64,000 nt of DNA from an uncultured delta proteobacterium (GCA_963798485.1 CAWCTR010000007.1:416001-480000); one strand, 5' to 3'; shown: positions 30,198 through 41,063, counted from the first letter of the stretch. Program-made: numbers and translations. Notes: generated from the letters alone by a model not told the origin.

Positions 30198-31621
30198 TGT
30201 ACAACAGGGTTCTCATCGTTGACGATGATCCCGGGATACGGGAGACCATATCACAGATTATCAAAGAGCTCGGATATGATCCTGATACTGCCGCTGATGG
30301 TCTGGATGCATTGGCCATGCTGGATACAGGATCTTACCTATGCGTTTTCACCGATATCATGATGCCCAAGATGACCGGGATCGAGCTTATTAAAAAGATC
30401 AAGGCCCGCGACGTGTCGCTGCCGATCATTGTGATTACGGGTTATGCATCCCTGGAGATAGCCATTGATGCCATGAAATGCGGCGCCTCCGATTTCATCT
30501 CGAAACCCTTCAAGGTGAGCCAGATCCAGCTGTTGCTCAGCAAGGTTAAGCGGGAAAAACTCCTGCTTGAGGAGAACAAAAAATTCTCCGATGCCCTGCA
30601 GCTCCACCGCCTTATCGACAACCTTGCAGGCCAGTTGGAAGATAAAAATAAGGAGCTTACGTCTCTACAGGCCATCTCAGAAAAGATAATCAGCTTAAAA
30701 GGGATCCGCGATCTGGTGGGGGCCATTGTAGATGTCTCCAAGCAACTTCTCGAAGATGTCGACGTGCGTTTCTACCCTTTAAACCGGAAGACCCAGACAC
30801 TTATTGATACGAGCAATGGACAGGACAGAATCATCAGCACCGAGTTGATGGAGGGTAAGATCGTCAGGAGAAATAACTCGCTGGCAAGTTCAAAGCGGAA
30901 CTTCGCAACCATCTTTCCCCTCATGATCGAAGGCCAGGTGTTCGGGACCCTTGATATCCATTCGGATTCCATGCTCGGCGAAGAAAAAGAAGGCAAAATC
31001 CTCTACCTCCTCAACCGATCAGCCGAACGTATGGAGAACGTTGCTCTCTATGAGGGCCTGTATGAAAACATGCTCTCTACCCTTAACAGCATGGCCAAGA
31101 TCCTGGATGCCAGAGACCCGCACACATTACAGCATTCCACCAGGGTCACCAACTTATCTCTTGCTATGGCCACTATCCTCAAGCTCTCTGATGATGAAAA
31201 GGATGTGTTGTATATTGCCGCTTCGCTCCATGATATCGGTAAGGTGGGCATACCCGACAGCATACTCCTGAAACCCGGGCTGCTCACTGATGAAGAATTC
31301 GGGATCATCAAGCGGCATCCCGATATCGGTGCAGACATATTAAAGCCCCTTCCACCCATGTCTCGTGAGACGGATGTCATCCGTTATCACCATGAACGAT
31401 ATGACGGCAAAGGATACCCCTATGGGATCGGAGGCGAAGAAATCCCGCTGCTTTCACGCATAATCACCCTGGCCGATTCCTACGATGCCATGACCTCGGA
31501 CAGGCCTTACCGGAAAGGACTACCCATGGACAAGGCTATTGAAGAGGTCGTGCGCTGCATCGGGAGCCAGTTCGATCCTGAACTGGCAAAGTTGTTCATC
31601 AGTAAAGTAATCAGCGGCTGA
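30197..31621 (+). CDS. REC-(GAF-like)-HD-GYP cyclic di-GMP phosphodiesterase
   Basis: REC domain; HSTRV, LHDIGK, HHERYDGKGYP, ADSYDAMTSDRPYR. Confidence 0.9.
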   Translation: MYNRVLIVDDDPGIRETISQIIKELGYDPDTAADGLDALAMLDTGSYLCVFTDIMMPKMTGIELIKKIKARDVSLPIIVITGYASLEIAIDAMKCGASDFISKPFKVSQIQLLLSKVKREKLLLEENKKFSDALQLHRLIDNLAGQLEDKNKELTSLQAISEKIISLKGIRDLVGAIVDVSKQLLEDVDVRFYPLNRKTQTLIDTSNGQDRIISTELMEGKIVRRNNSLASSKRNFATIFPLMIEGQVFGTLDIHSDSMLGEEKEGKILYLLNRSAERMENVALYEGLYENMLSTLNSMAKILDARDPHTLQHSTRVTNLSLAMATILKLSDDEKDVLYIAASLHDIGKVGIPDSILLKPGLLTDEEFGIIKRHPDIGADILKPLPPMSRETDVIRYHHERYDGKGYPYGIGGEEIPLLSRIITLADSYDAMTSDRPYRKGLPMDKAIEEVVRCIGSQFDPELAKLFISKVISG

Positions 31622-31628
31622 ACGCCTC

Positions 31629-32096
31629 TTAAGGCACAGTGGCCTGGGGGGGAGGAAGCTGAACAGGCGCGTTCCCGACTGCTTTTGAAGGCCTCGAATT
31701 CATCTGTTCCACGAGGGTCTGGACCCTTTGACGTAATTGCTGGTTTTCCTGGACAAGGGCCTCGTTCTGGCCGGCGGTTGTCTTGAGGTCGGCATTCTCT
31801 TTCTCCAAGACCGAAAGCCTTTCATTGAGGCGCGCCATCTGGCTTTCTTCAGGGACACCCTGCTGTTTCTTCAAGGAGGCGATATCATTCTCCAGGGTAC
31901 TGAGCTTGCCTGACAGCTCCTGGTTCTTTTCTTCCAGGGTGGAGATGTAGGAGATGGTCTGCTTGAGGATTTCTTTGTAATCAGGATGCTGCTGTTTTCG
32001 GTAGCCCCAAAAGTAGTAACCGGCAAACAATCCGACTAAAAATATAACAAGGAGGATCACCACAATTGCCCGTACGTGACTCTTTTCCTCCTCCAT
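31629..32096 (-). CDS. Membrane-anchored coiled-coil hypothetical protein
   Basis: GGAGG RBS before ATG 32096; one TM followed by heptad-rich helix. Confidence 0.7.
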   Translation of the reverse strand: MEEEKSHVRAIVVILLVIFLVGLFAGYYFWGYRKQQHPDYKEILKQTISYISTLEEKNQELSGKLSTLENDIASLKKQQGVPEESQMARLNERLSVLEKENADLKTTAGQNEALVQENQQLRQRVQTLVEQMNSRPSKAVGNAPVQLPPPQATVP

Positions 32097-32190
32097 CAGT
32101 ACACCTCCATAAGAGCTCTTATAAAATTGTGTAAGCGAGTTACATCTACCCGTCAAGACCAATGTTATTACATTTTCATTAAGAAGCAGT

Positions 32191-33915
32191 TCAGATTTTT
32201 CGTAGCATGACCACTGGTACCAGCGTGCCACGCTCTCGCAGTACATCCGTCCAATGTTCTTCCCAGGCAGCTGGTGGCTCTACCTTCCTGATATTATCCA
32301 ACTCCTGTGGTGTGAGAAGATAGTATCCTGAGGCAAAAACTGTCGGCATGGGTGAACCTTCAGGGACAATATGGATACGATCAGGGTCTGGGAAATAGAG
32401 TAATATCAACATGCTGGGAGAGTCGCCTACGCCTCGCACGGTTATGCCCGCATCCGAGGGCAGGTCATGCAGGATACGCTCTACCAATGGCAGGGGTGAC
32501 GCCCGAAGGGCTACCACTATAAAGCCGCTGACTACGATACCAACGTAGAGGACGCTGAGCGCGACCCAAAGGCTCACTATAGACAGCCATGCGCTACGCA
32601 TGCGAAGTGCATATATCAGACATCCTGCTGCAACCGCAAACAGTGCGAAACTTGCACCGGTGATCACTCCTTCTTTCAGGGGCACGGGTATACCTGCAAG
32701 AGCGATCCCCCATGGCAATCTCACTATGTACCCCCCGATCGCAGCCGCCACAAGAACGCTAAGAGTCAAATACTTCCATCTCATCCTTAGCCATGAAATG
32801 ATCCGACCAATGGTGTCGCCAAGGGCTGGCAACTTGATATCCAGCCAATAGCCGGCCAGCAAAGAACTGGCCGGTAAAGCGGGGAGGATGTAGGCCCGTC
32901 GCTTGTAGGCAGCAAGGGTGAAGAACACCATGAAGCTGATCCACCATACGGTACAGAATAAAGCACCTCGGTCCCGGCGACGCCAAGCCTCCCATATACC
33001 GGCCAATGCCATAAGACTCCATGGAAAAGAATCTAGGAGCCACGGTACAACGTAATAGAAGACCTCCATTCGCCCATTGACCCCAGTGAACTGTCGGAAA
33101 TTCTCATGAATGAGTTGTGCCCGGACTACGGCCATTCCACTCAAATGGTAAGCTGCGAGATACCAGGGTAGTGCAATCAGCGTCCACACGAAGGCGGCCA
33201 CAACCCACGGGAACTGACCAAGCCATCGGATTGAACGTCTCCAGCGTGTTTCCAAAACCACCCACACTCCACTCGCAAGGCCCGGAAGAACCAAGCCTAG
33301 GGGTCCCTTAGTGAGAACGGCCAGTCCCGACATCGCTGCTGCAGCCTTCAGATACCATTTTGCCGGATCCATCATTGCACGCCACACGAACAGCATGGCC
33401 AATGTTACAAAACAGGCCAGCGTCATGTCTACACGGCCATACCTTGACTGATAAATATACAGCCAGCTTGTGAGGAGACAGGCCGCCGCGAGGAAAGCCG
33501 CTCGTCTGCCAATGAGTCGTCGCCCTAAGACGATGATGCTGAATACCATGATGACGCCACATATTGCCGACGGAGAGCGTAGGAGCCATTCGTCGAACTC
33601 TCGTGAGAGAGTACCCCTGCTATGCAATCGGCCCGTGGTGAGAATCGAGCGAACTACAGTAGTTACCGTTGCTAGCCAGTGGAACAAAGGGGGTTTATCG
33701 GGGATAATTTCCCCCTCCCCCACATGATTTGGCACCTCTGGGAGGATGAAGTTTCCTGTGTCGAGCATCGCCCTGACGAAGATACCTTCACGTGCCTCGT
33801 TATCGATGTATACCGGTGCATCTCCCAGCCGGCTGAAGCATGTCAGAATCGTCCAAGCGGCAAAGCCAAGCATGATATAACGGATTACATTAGCTTTCGT
33901 TACTACTTCTTTCAT
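32191..33915 (-). CDS. ArnT/GT83-like (PMT_2) membrane glycosyltransferase
   Basis: NEARE, DKPPLFHW, R.PSA, DMTL, LTKGP, KRRAYILP. Confidence 0.85.
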   Translation of the reverse strand: MKEVVTKANVIRYIMLGFAAWTILTCFSRLGDAPVYIDNEAREGIFVRAMLDTGNFILPEVPNHVGEGEIIPDKPPLFHWLATVTTVVRSILTTGRLHSRGTLSREFDEWLLRSPSAICGVIMVFSIIVLGRRLIGRRAAFLAAACLLTSWLYIYQSRYGRVDMTLACFVTLAMLFVWRAMMDPAKWYLKAAAAMSGLAVLTKGPLGLVLPGLASGVWVVLETRWRRSIRWLGQFPWVVAAFVWTLIALPWYLAAYHLSGMAVVRAQLIHENFRQFTGVNGRMEVFYYVVPWLLDSFPWSLMALAGIWEAWRRRDRGALFCTVWWISFMVFFTLAAYKRRAYILPALPASSLLAGYWLDIKLPALGDTIGRIISWLRMRWKYLTLSVLVAAAIGGYIVRLPWGIALAGIPVPLKEGVITGASFALFAVAAGCLIYALRMRSAWLSIVSLWVALSVLYVGIVVSGFIVVALRASPLPLVERILHDLPSDAGITVRGVGDSPSMLILLYFPDPDRIHIVPEGSPMPTVFASGYYLLTPQELDNIRKVEPPAAWEEHWTDVLRERGTLVPVVMLRKI

Positions 33916-34080
33916 AGGTACTTTATGCTCCCAGCATTGTTTATGCCACCCTATATTTCTTTAAAGGGCTGGTTAATGTTTTGCAAGTATATTGAATTTA
34001 TGAAACATTAATCGAAAAAATGAGGTGCTTATGCCTAGGGTTTATGTGGTCCCCGATTAACTACCGTTTCCGGATGGACA

Positions 34081-35145
34081 CTAACTATACTTTTGCGACA
34101 CTGTCGTTGTCAATTCGCGGTATAGGCTATCATAGGCTTGAGCCATCTTCTCAGATGTGAACTCTTGCTCCAGCATGGCATATGCATTCTGCATACATCG
34201 TAACCGCAGGTTATTATCATCTAGTATCCGTAGTATACTTTGTGCAACCATTTGAGGATTTTTAATCGGAACCAATAACCCTGTCTCGCCGTCTTTGACA
34301 AAATCAGGGATCCCTCCTGCAGCAGTGGCAACAACAGGGACATGGTAGAGGAAAGCATCAAGTATTGAGCTCCCAAGACCTTCTTCAGAAGATGTCATGG
34401 TAAAAACATCAAAAATATTATAATAAGGATACGGATCGTCCTGATATCCCTCAAAGATAATATTTTTTAATCCTAGTTTCATTGCCTTATGCTCGAGTGT
34501 TGCCCTCAGATCTCCTTCTCCCAAAAGAACAAAGACTATATCATTACGATGTCTATTAATGATCGCGGCAGCCTCTAAGAGAGTATCATGATCCTTGTGC
34601 CTAATAAGTGAAGCAACACACCCAATAACTTTCTTATTCTGAAATCGTTGCTTCAGTATGATTGAATCATCCGGAGGGGAAATACGATCAAGATATATTG
34701 AACTATGGATCACTTTGATGCATTCACGGGGGAAACCCCACTCGATCATAATAGATTTAATTTTTTCCGATATTGCCACAAGACAATCAACTTCCTCATA
34801 CTTTATACGGTTAAGAAAATGCTTACCTGGAATGTAATCAAGACGTCGTGTATATAGAATGGGTCTTCTATGGAAATGTTTCCACAGTGCGGCAAGCTGG
34901 AGTCCACGATCCTCATGGGCATGAACTATACTAAAGTCAGAGAGACAATGCCCATGTATAAAGAAAGGCTTTTTTATCACATGGACAGTGAATCCACATT
35001 CTCGAACCCGTTTGACAAGCAAATCGTTCTCTCGAGTTAGTAATACGTTTTCATGTCCAAGAACCCTCAGTCCCTCCATAAGATACAAGGTCTGACGTTC
35101 CCCTCCGTACCATCCACGCTCAAGATTTATATGCAATATTTTCAT
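34081..35145 (-). CDS. Glycosyltransferase family 4
   Basis: GGERQ, HKDH, EGLGSSILDA. Confidence 0.9.
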   Translation of the reverse strand: MKILHINLERGWYGGERQTLYLMEGLRVLGHENVLLTRENDLLVKRVRECGFTVHVIKKPFFIHGHCLSDFSIVHAHEDRGLQLAALWKHFHRRPILYTRRLDYIPGKHFLNRIKYEEVDCLVAISEKIKSIMIEWGFPRECIKVIHSSIYLDRISPPDDSIILKQRFQNKKVIGCVASLIRHKDHDTLLEAAAIINRHRNDIVFVLLGEGDLRATLEHKAMKLGLKNIIFEGYQDDPYPYYNIFDVFTMTSSEEGLGSSILDAFLYHVPVVATAAGGIPDFVKDGETGLLVPIKNPQMVAQSILRILDDNNLRLRCMQNAYAMLEQEFTSEKMAQAYDSLYRELTTTVSQKYS

Positions 35146-35234
35146 AGTCGCTTGTCTTTCTGCTTATCAAGAGAACACAGCTTGGGTAATCCTTGATAAC
35201 TACTTCAGACCTACAACGATCACATAATCCCCGA

Positions 35235-36209
35235 TTACTCATAAGAGGAACATAGATTCAGCACCTTGTCAACAAAATGATGGAAGGTGTGGTGTTCATG
35301 AACATAGGCATAACCGGCATTCGCAATTCGATTACGTTCTTCGGGTTCGGTGAGATATTCTCTGACAAGTGCAATGCACTCTTCTTCATCATGATACCAT
35401 ACCAAATGCTCTCGATTCGTGAAGACCTCCTCCATCCCTGGAATATAGTTAGTCAGGTGGAATCCTCCGCACCCAAGCGTAAGCCAGAGACGATTTGTCC
35501 AGTGACCTTCGATGGTAGTCATGGCATCTATTCCTAGAACAATCTTAGCCCCTCCACAGATTAAACCATACTCACGGGGATTGACTGACCTGAGCGTGGG
35601 TCTGATTCCAAATTGTTTCCAATTCTTCCCATAGACTTTCAAATTGCATAGTTCTTTGAGCCTTTTGATCCGATCTATCCTTGTCTCATCCGACCGTGCT
35701 TCCCCAACAAATGCTACATCGGATTTCCATATGGGAAGGATGGGATGCCTCTTCTTATGTTCGTAAATATCACACCCTTCTGTTATGAATATCGGGTTCT
35801 TGATCCCCTCTGATCGATAGAGATCATGAAGCCCTTTTGCATTTGACAAAAATATATCTACCCTTTTTCCCCATTCAACCATTTGGGAATGGAGATCCAA
35901 CCTCCACCCATCATGGTAATATTGTACTGTCTTGATATGTGTACCTGAAATCTTCTTGAGTACCCCCAGGGGTAAATCCATGCTATGTATAAAAACTATG
36001 TCCGGGTTGAATTTCTCTATTCTCTTTAGGATATAATCTTCTGACCTGCTACCCATGCGCCGCCTGATTTTATGCGCATTAATCCAAAGTGTCTCATTTC
36101 CCCGATCGCGGAAAGCCCTTATGATCTGACGAACCTTCCGTACGAGACGTTGAGACTTTCCAACAACAATAATCCTTGGCATGTCTCGAATTCCCCTTTT
36201 ATGACCCAA
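35235..36209 (-). CDS. CgeB-like GT-B glycosyltransferase
   Basis: DVAFVG, NRLWLTLGCGGF.LT, RIANAG..V..HHT; start could be ATG 36182. Confidence 0.8.
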   Translation of the reverse strand: MGHKRGIRDMPRIIVVGKSQRLVRKVRQIIRAFRDRGNETLWINAHKIRRRMGSRSEDYILKRIEKFNPDIVFIHSMDLPLGVLKKISGTHIKTVQYYHDGWRLDLHSQMVEWGKRVDIFLSNAKGLHDLYRSEGIKNPIFITEGCDIYEHKKRHPILPIWKSDVAFVGEARSDETRIDRIKRLKELCNLKVYGKNWKQFGIRPTLRSVNPREYGLICGGAKIVLGIDAMTTIEGHWTNRLWLTLGCGGFHLTNYIPGMEEVFTNREHLVWYHDEEECIALVREYLTEPEERNRIANAGYAYVHEHHTFHHFVDKVLNLCSSYE

Positions 36210-37428
36210 CTACTTCATCTTGTTTTATGATGTTATCTGTTTGTACAAAGGTTCTCCTTATCTTGATTTCATAAGCAGCGAGAAACCCAAAGGGCAACCA
36301 GAAGAAAATGTAGACGGGGTGGGGACGATAGATTATCTGATCGTACCCAGTAATAACACAGATAGATCCATAAATAAGCCAGACCAAATATATACAGTTC
36401 CTCTCAAAAAGGTTATAGAGCCACCCCTGCCATCCTGTTGTTATTATCAGAACAATAATAAGAAAGAGACCCAACAGTCCTCCATAGAACAATGTAGAGA
36501 TGTATAGATTGTGTGCCCTTGTTACATTACCCCCATCTGACACAAGGCAGGATAGCTTTTCCAACAACCCATGGCCGAAAATTATTTTTTCTCTTATTTT
36601 CAAGAAAGCACATGGCCATATTTCCAGTCTATAGGAAAAACCTCTTACTATAATCATACCCTGCAAAAAGCTGTTACCAAAATAAGTAAGAATCGCAACT
36701 CCGGTTAACACACATGATATCAACCATAACATAAACTTGTCCTTACACATAATTGATCCTATAAAAAATGCTGCGATTATTCCAACAATCGGTCCACGGC
36801 TCTGGGTCAATGTTAAGATTGTAAGAGCTGAGATCGATATCAGTACATATAGCATTTTCCATGATGTATCCTTTTTTATAACATTATAATATACCATGAG
36901 CATTATCGCACCATATACACATCCAAGCTGTATAGATGAGGGAGAAACACCGATTTGTCTTAATCTAATGGGAGGGTATATGAAATGGTAATCAGATATA
37001 TAGATATAGACCAAAGCTGCTAAGAGCGAGCTCCAGCCAAGAAACTTGAAGAGCCATTCCGAAAAATTCTTATATGCCAGGGTAAGCTCAATAGTGACGC
37101 ATAAGAATACTAATAAAGATAGTAAATTAGGGCCTACCCTTAAATAATCTATGAGATCATGTCCAGTATCGCTCCAGAGAAGGGTAAGTGCAAGATAACC
37201 GACTAAGACAAGTAATAACCTGAATATTCGGGAACTTATTATCTCTGCAATATTGCTGAAACGAATTGTGAGTATGTAAGGCAGTAGAATAAATATATAA
37301 AAAAAATTGCAGTGCCATTTGATGACCGGGAAGTAGAAGAATCCACCCGTAAAAATCAGAAATACAATAAGAAGGTATGATTTTCTGAAACTGGAAAACC
37401 TCATCTCTTGAGGATGAACATTCACCAT
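36199..37428 (-). CDS. waaL: O-antigen ligase family protein
   Basis: Polytopic; LTQSRG, RLEIW, IFGHG, AHNLY. Confidence 0.8.
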   Translation of the reverse strand: MVNVHPQEMRFSSFRKSYLLIVFLIFTGGFFYFPVIKWHCNFFYIFILLPYILTIRFSNIAEIISSRIFRLLLVLVGYLALTLLWSDTGHDLIDYLRVGPNLLSLLVFLCVTIELTLAYKNFSEWLFKFLGWSSLLAALVYIYISDYHFIYPPIRLRQIGVSPSSIQLGCVYGAIMLMVYYNVIKKDTSWKMLYVLISISALTILTLTQSRGPIVGIIAAFFIGSIMCKDKFMLWLISCVLTGVAILTYFGNSFLQGMIIVRGFSYRLEIWPCAFLKIREKIIFGHGLLEKLSCLVSDGGNVTRAHNLYISTLFYGGLLGLFLIIVLIITTGWQGWLYNLFERNCIYLVWLIYGSICVITGYDQIIYRPHPVYIFFWLPFGFLAAYEIKIRRTFVQTDNIIKQDEVVGS

Positions 37429-37430
37429 AA

Positions 37431-37791
37431 AGGCTATCTCGAATAATCCACTTTTTCAGAAAGCATCACGGCTTGTACTCCAAATACATGCTCAATTCGG
37501 GATCGTATCTTTGATCGGGTTTGATTCCCTCGCTTCTCCCATTCCGTCAGCTTCCGGTTCCGATATCCCTTGCACTGTACATGCTCTCTGTATCATTGCT
37601 TATGCAGCATCTCCAGGCTTTCTTCAGATCGATACGCAGAATCGACATACACATCCATGATTCTGTTCCCCCCTTATCGATCCCGGCATATCGATTTTCC
37701 CAGTCGAACAATCCAGTTGCTTCATCCATTATTCTTGAATGAAATAGCTCTGGCAAAGACATATATAAACAAATGGTTTCCAAGTCCACCT
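37431..37791 (-). mobile_element. Internally deleted, degenerate IS5-family element
   Basis: Minus strand: transposase N-terminus (TGLFDWENRY..IDKGG) joined out of frame to C-terminal DVYVDSAYRSEE...*...KGYRNRKLTE.EKRGN.TRSKIRSRIEHVFG, which carries an in-frame TGA. Confidence 0.8.
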
Positions 37792-37871
37792 TTTAATCTG
37801 ATTACAACAACAGGTTCGCGTGTGGCTAGGTGCCCATATGAAATCCATAGTCGGGTCTACCATTTTATGCC

Positions 37872-38795
37872 TTAAATTTCATTTATGGCTTTGACCTGTT
37901 TATTGAAGCGATCCATTCCACTTTCAAGCAAATAGTCAAATATATAAATTAGGAGATTCAACGTTTTCCATAATGCAACCTTCGCTCTTGAACGATAATC
38001 TTTAGTCTCGAAGGTTACATATCCATATCTTTTCGATAGGGCATACAGATCAAATCTGCTCGGATTCATTCCAAAATATTTAGCTCCTCTTCTAAAGGAA
38101 TTTAAGGGGCGGATCTTATAGCTTTTCGGGTATTTGCTTTGTATGTAATTACCATAAGTTTCAAATTCGCTGAACCCGGACCTGCCTAAATAACTTCTAT
38201 CAATAGAATCCAATATATTCCACTCCCAATTCTGATCTCTATTTTTTTTCTCAATTGTCATGAGTAATTCAGCCATGTACTCTTTTTTTACCACCATATG
38301 CTCTGAGATAAAGGAAAAATCCACACTTCGTTCTATGCCCAAAAGCCTGTACATTACTTCAAAATAGGGTTTATGGAATTCGGTTGATGGCTTCACCAGC
38401 ACCTTGTTGTCATCTTTCTCATCAAAGAAGAGAATTGGATAAAGCATTATTGTATCACTGTCCCAAATAAGGTAATGCTCAGCAATATCATCTTGTAAAC
38501 TGATTCCCATTTTCAGGAATTGCTGAAAATACCATCCTGCCCTACTTGGGGATGAGCCTCTCTGTTCCAGATATTTTTTAATAGAACTCAGAGTCATTCC
38601 ATCTAGCAATGCATCCTCATCTTTGAGAATAACCGGCACTTCCTTGGATCCGATATTTCCAAAGAGTGAAAAATTATTAATACAGGTAATAATGATTATT
38701 TTCCTTGCCTTAGAAAAGACCTTGAGAGACCTTACCGCCTTGATGGCAAGAAGATGACGATCGGGTCCGACAAGCACTACTGCATCATATATCAT
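37872..38795 (-). CDS. GT-A-like hypothetical protein (DUF6492-like)
   Basis: GWYFQQFLKM, YLIWDSDT (DxD), FSEFETYG. Confidence 0.7.
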   Translation of the reverse strand: MIYDAVVLVGPDRHLLAIKAVRSLKVFSKARKIIIITCINNFSLFGNIGSKEVPVILKDEDALLDGMTLSSIKKYLEQRGSSPSRAGWYFQQFLKMGISLQDDIAEHYLIWDSDTIMLYPILFFDEKDDNKVLVKPSTEFHKPYFEVMYRLLGIERSVDFSFISEHMVVKKEYMAELLMTIEKKNRDQNWEWNILDSIDRSYLGRSGFSEFETYGNYIQSKYPKSYKIRPLNSFRRGAKYFGMNPSRFDLYALSKRYGYVTFETKDYRSRAKVALWKTLNLLIYIFDYLLESGMDRFNKQVKAINEI

Positions 38796-38848
38796 TAGCT
38801 CCTACCTATAATATATACAATACAATAAACGATTATTAGCGTCTTATC

Positions 38849-39799
38849 CTACGATCGAAAATCTCTAAGCAATTTCGAATGGATGTGCAAGTTGTTTATT
38901 CTAGCATCAATTCCTTTATATGAGAGAAAGGGGAGCCGTCCTCGATCGTCTACCACGGTCCATTCATACTTAAATTGAGATGGGTCGAAAACGCAACTTT
39001 CATTGATGAAGCCTATTGTTATATTATTCCGGGCATTCCGGGGATCAACTCCTCCAAGATATTGACCAATAGCTGCAGCGTCAAAAACAGATTTAAATTC
39101 TTTTGCATGATTCGTGTAGATCTCTGGATGTACAGATCTCTTCCCAGAAGAAGTTACCCATTCAGATACTAATCCCTCGGGGACGATTGGAAGACTGTCG
39201 ATCTTACCTGGATCGCTGACTTTTCTGTAGTCGGCTATCAGTTCCATATCGTTTCTTGAAGATCTTGAACTCTCCAATGTGAGAAATTTGGTAAGAGACG
39301 TGGCAGCTTGAGCACTTCCGAAGTACATAAAACCTGGAACACATCGATCGTCGTTATCAAATGTCGCTGCTATACCTGGGTAGTACGCCTTCATAAGGGG
39401 TAGTAGCTCGTTTAATCTGCAGTAAATAAGATTATCATTTTCAATGTGAAAACAATGTTCGAGCTGAAAAGAGATCATCAGTTCCTCTATTAAGAAGAAC
39501 CTCTCCATGGCGAATCGCCAGAACCCACCTCGGAATCTCTGATTTAACAGTGTCGTCTTTGAAAATTGCGAATGTTGGGATGTAAGGGGAAGAATCTTAG
39601 GATCAACCAAATTAATGCATTCCCTGAGCTTTGGAGGCAAGTTCTTCCGATTATCCTCTTTCATCACGAGCCAGAGAATGCTATCTGGGTTGTGGCGTGT
39701 TGCCTGTTCGATACAGTCAACTATATAAGAAAACCATTTACGACCTAAATGGACAAAGACCAAATTGGGCACCCCATCTTTATGATCTACTGTATTCAC
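38849..39799 (-). CDS. Putative glycosyltransferase-like protein
   Basis: ERFFLI, HIENDN, NDM..IA, FDAAAIGQYLGG, NLHIHSK; LPS context. Confidence 0.65.
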   Translation of the reverse strand: MNTVDHKDGVPNLVFVHLGRKWFSYIVDCIEQATRHNPDSILWLVMKEDNRKNLPPKLRECINLVDPKILPLTSQHSQFSKTTLLNQRFRGGFWRFAMERFFLIEELMISFQLEHCFHIENDNLIYCRLNELLPLMKAYYPGIAATFDNDDRCVPGFMYFGSAQAATSLTKFLTLESSRSSRNDMELIADYRKVSDPGKIDSLPIVPEGLVSEWVTSSGKRSVHPEIYTNHAKEFKSVFDAAAIGQYLGGVDPRNARNNITIGFINESCVFDPSQFKYEWTVVDDRGRLPFLSYKGIDARINNLHIHSKLLRDFRS

Positions 39800-40073
39800 T
39801 GCCGACCTCTACACGAGGAATCGCATGATTGACCACCGACCCCATCTTTGTTTTTTTGCAAAATTTACCTACACTTTATTCACCAGCCCTGTTACTTCTC
39901 TAGACCTCGGTGTGATCTTCCTAAGCGAAACAACGACCAAATAGATCTACAATATCTAAGATCAATATTCAACTTTTTTAGGTGATATTACTAATACCGG
40001 TTTAATATCTAACGTCTGTTTTAAGTTTTGGTATTGACTTTTTCATTACATCACCACACATCTCAGTACCCAT

Positions 40074-40286
40074 CACCTGAAACCATCGGTTAGGTCAATA
40101 TCATTGAGGCTGCCGGAGTTGTTGATAGCCAAGGTGAAGGTCTTGGCTAACAAGAGAGATGTACCCTATCAGACACTCCTGAAGAGCTTTCTCGCTGAAA
40201 GGGTTGAAAAGGAAATGAGATCGATCCAGGAAATAAAGGTACCTGTTAAAAGAAAAGCAGGCAAAATTTCCAGAGCAGGACGGTGA
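40074..40286 (+). pseudogene. 5'-truncated BrnA/CopG-type antitoxin
   Basis: LKPSVRSISLRLP...K.LANKRDVPYQTLLK.FL; no start codon/RBS, N-terminal half or toxin upstream. Confidence 0.7.
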
Positions 40287-40450
40287 TAGAATCTGTCATT
40301 CTATTCATGAAAAAGATGACATTTTTTTATTGATATATTATAGAGATGATAATGCTTAAACCACAGGAAAAGCCATTCTTCATGAACTCAGCTCATGAAT
40401 AAGGGACTGAGTATGCTAATAAGTGGTTTAGTAAATAAGAGGAGGAACTC

Positions 40451-40726
40451 ATGACAAAAACGGATCTGGTTGATGTTATTGCAGGCAAAGAAAAGATATC
40501 AAAGACAGCATCATTGGCAGCTTTAGATGCCCTTACTGAGGCAATTACCAATGCTCTCAAGAAAGGTGATAAGGTAACTCTGATAGGGTTTGGGACCTTT
40601 GATGTAGCTAAAAGGGCAGCCAGAGAAGGGGTAAATCCTCAGACCAGGCAGAAGATAAAGATCAAGGCAAGCAAGGCTCCTCGTTTCAAGGCTGGAAAAG
40701 CACTAAAGGATCTCGTGAACAAGTAG
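40451..40726 (+). CDS. hupB: DNA-binding protein HU
   Basis: MTKTDLV, LIGFGTF, R.G.NPQT, FKAGKALKD. Confidence 0.95.
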   Translation: MTKTDLVDVIAGKEKISKTASLAALDALTEAITNALKKGDKVTLIGFGTFDVAKRAAREGVNPQTRQKIKIKASKAPRFKAGKALKDLVNK

Positions 40727-40730
40727 GACT

Positions 40731-41063
40731 ATGAAGAGTATGTCACAGAAGAAGGGATTTTCTCCGGAGGATCTCGGGACACGATACAAGTGTTATAAGT
40801 GCGGCACCAAGTTTTATGACCTGAGCAGACCAGAACCCCTTTGCCCTTCCTGTGGAGCCAATCAGAACGATGATGAGGCAAAGGGAATTCACAAGCGGAA
40901 GAGAAAACGGAGATCAGCCTTCATGGGTAAGACAGACCCTATCATATTTGCTCCGGAAGAGAGGGATGATGTGATCGAGGTTGTGAATGAGGTCGATGCT
41001 GAATATGCTGTAGATGTTGATGACATTGTACTGGAAGAGCATGGAGATTCGGATAAAGAATAG
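40731..41063 (+). CDS. FYDLN-acid domain protein
   Basis: LGTRYKCYKCGTKFYDL...CPSCG with acidic tail. Confidence 0.85.
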   Translation: MKSMSQKKGFSPEDLGTRYKCYKCGTKFYDLSRPEPLCPSCGANQNDDEAKGIHKRKRKRRSAFMGKTDPIIFAPEERDDVIEVVNEVDAEYAVDVDDIVLEEHGDSDKE

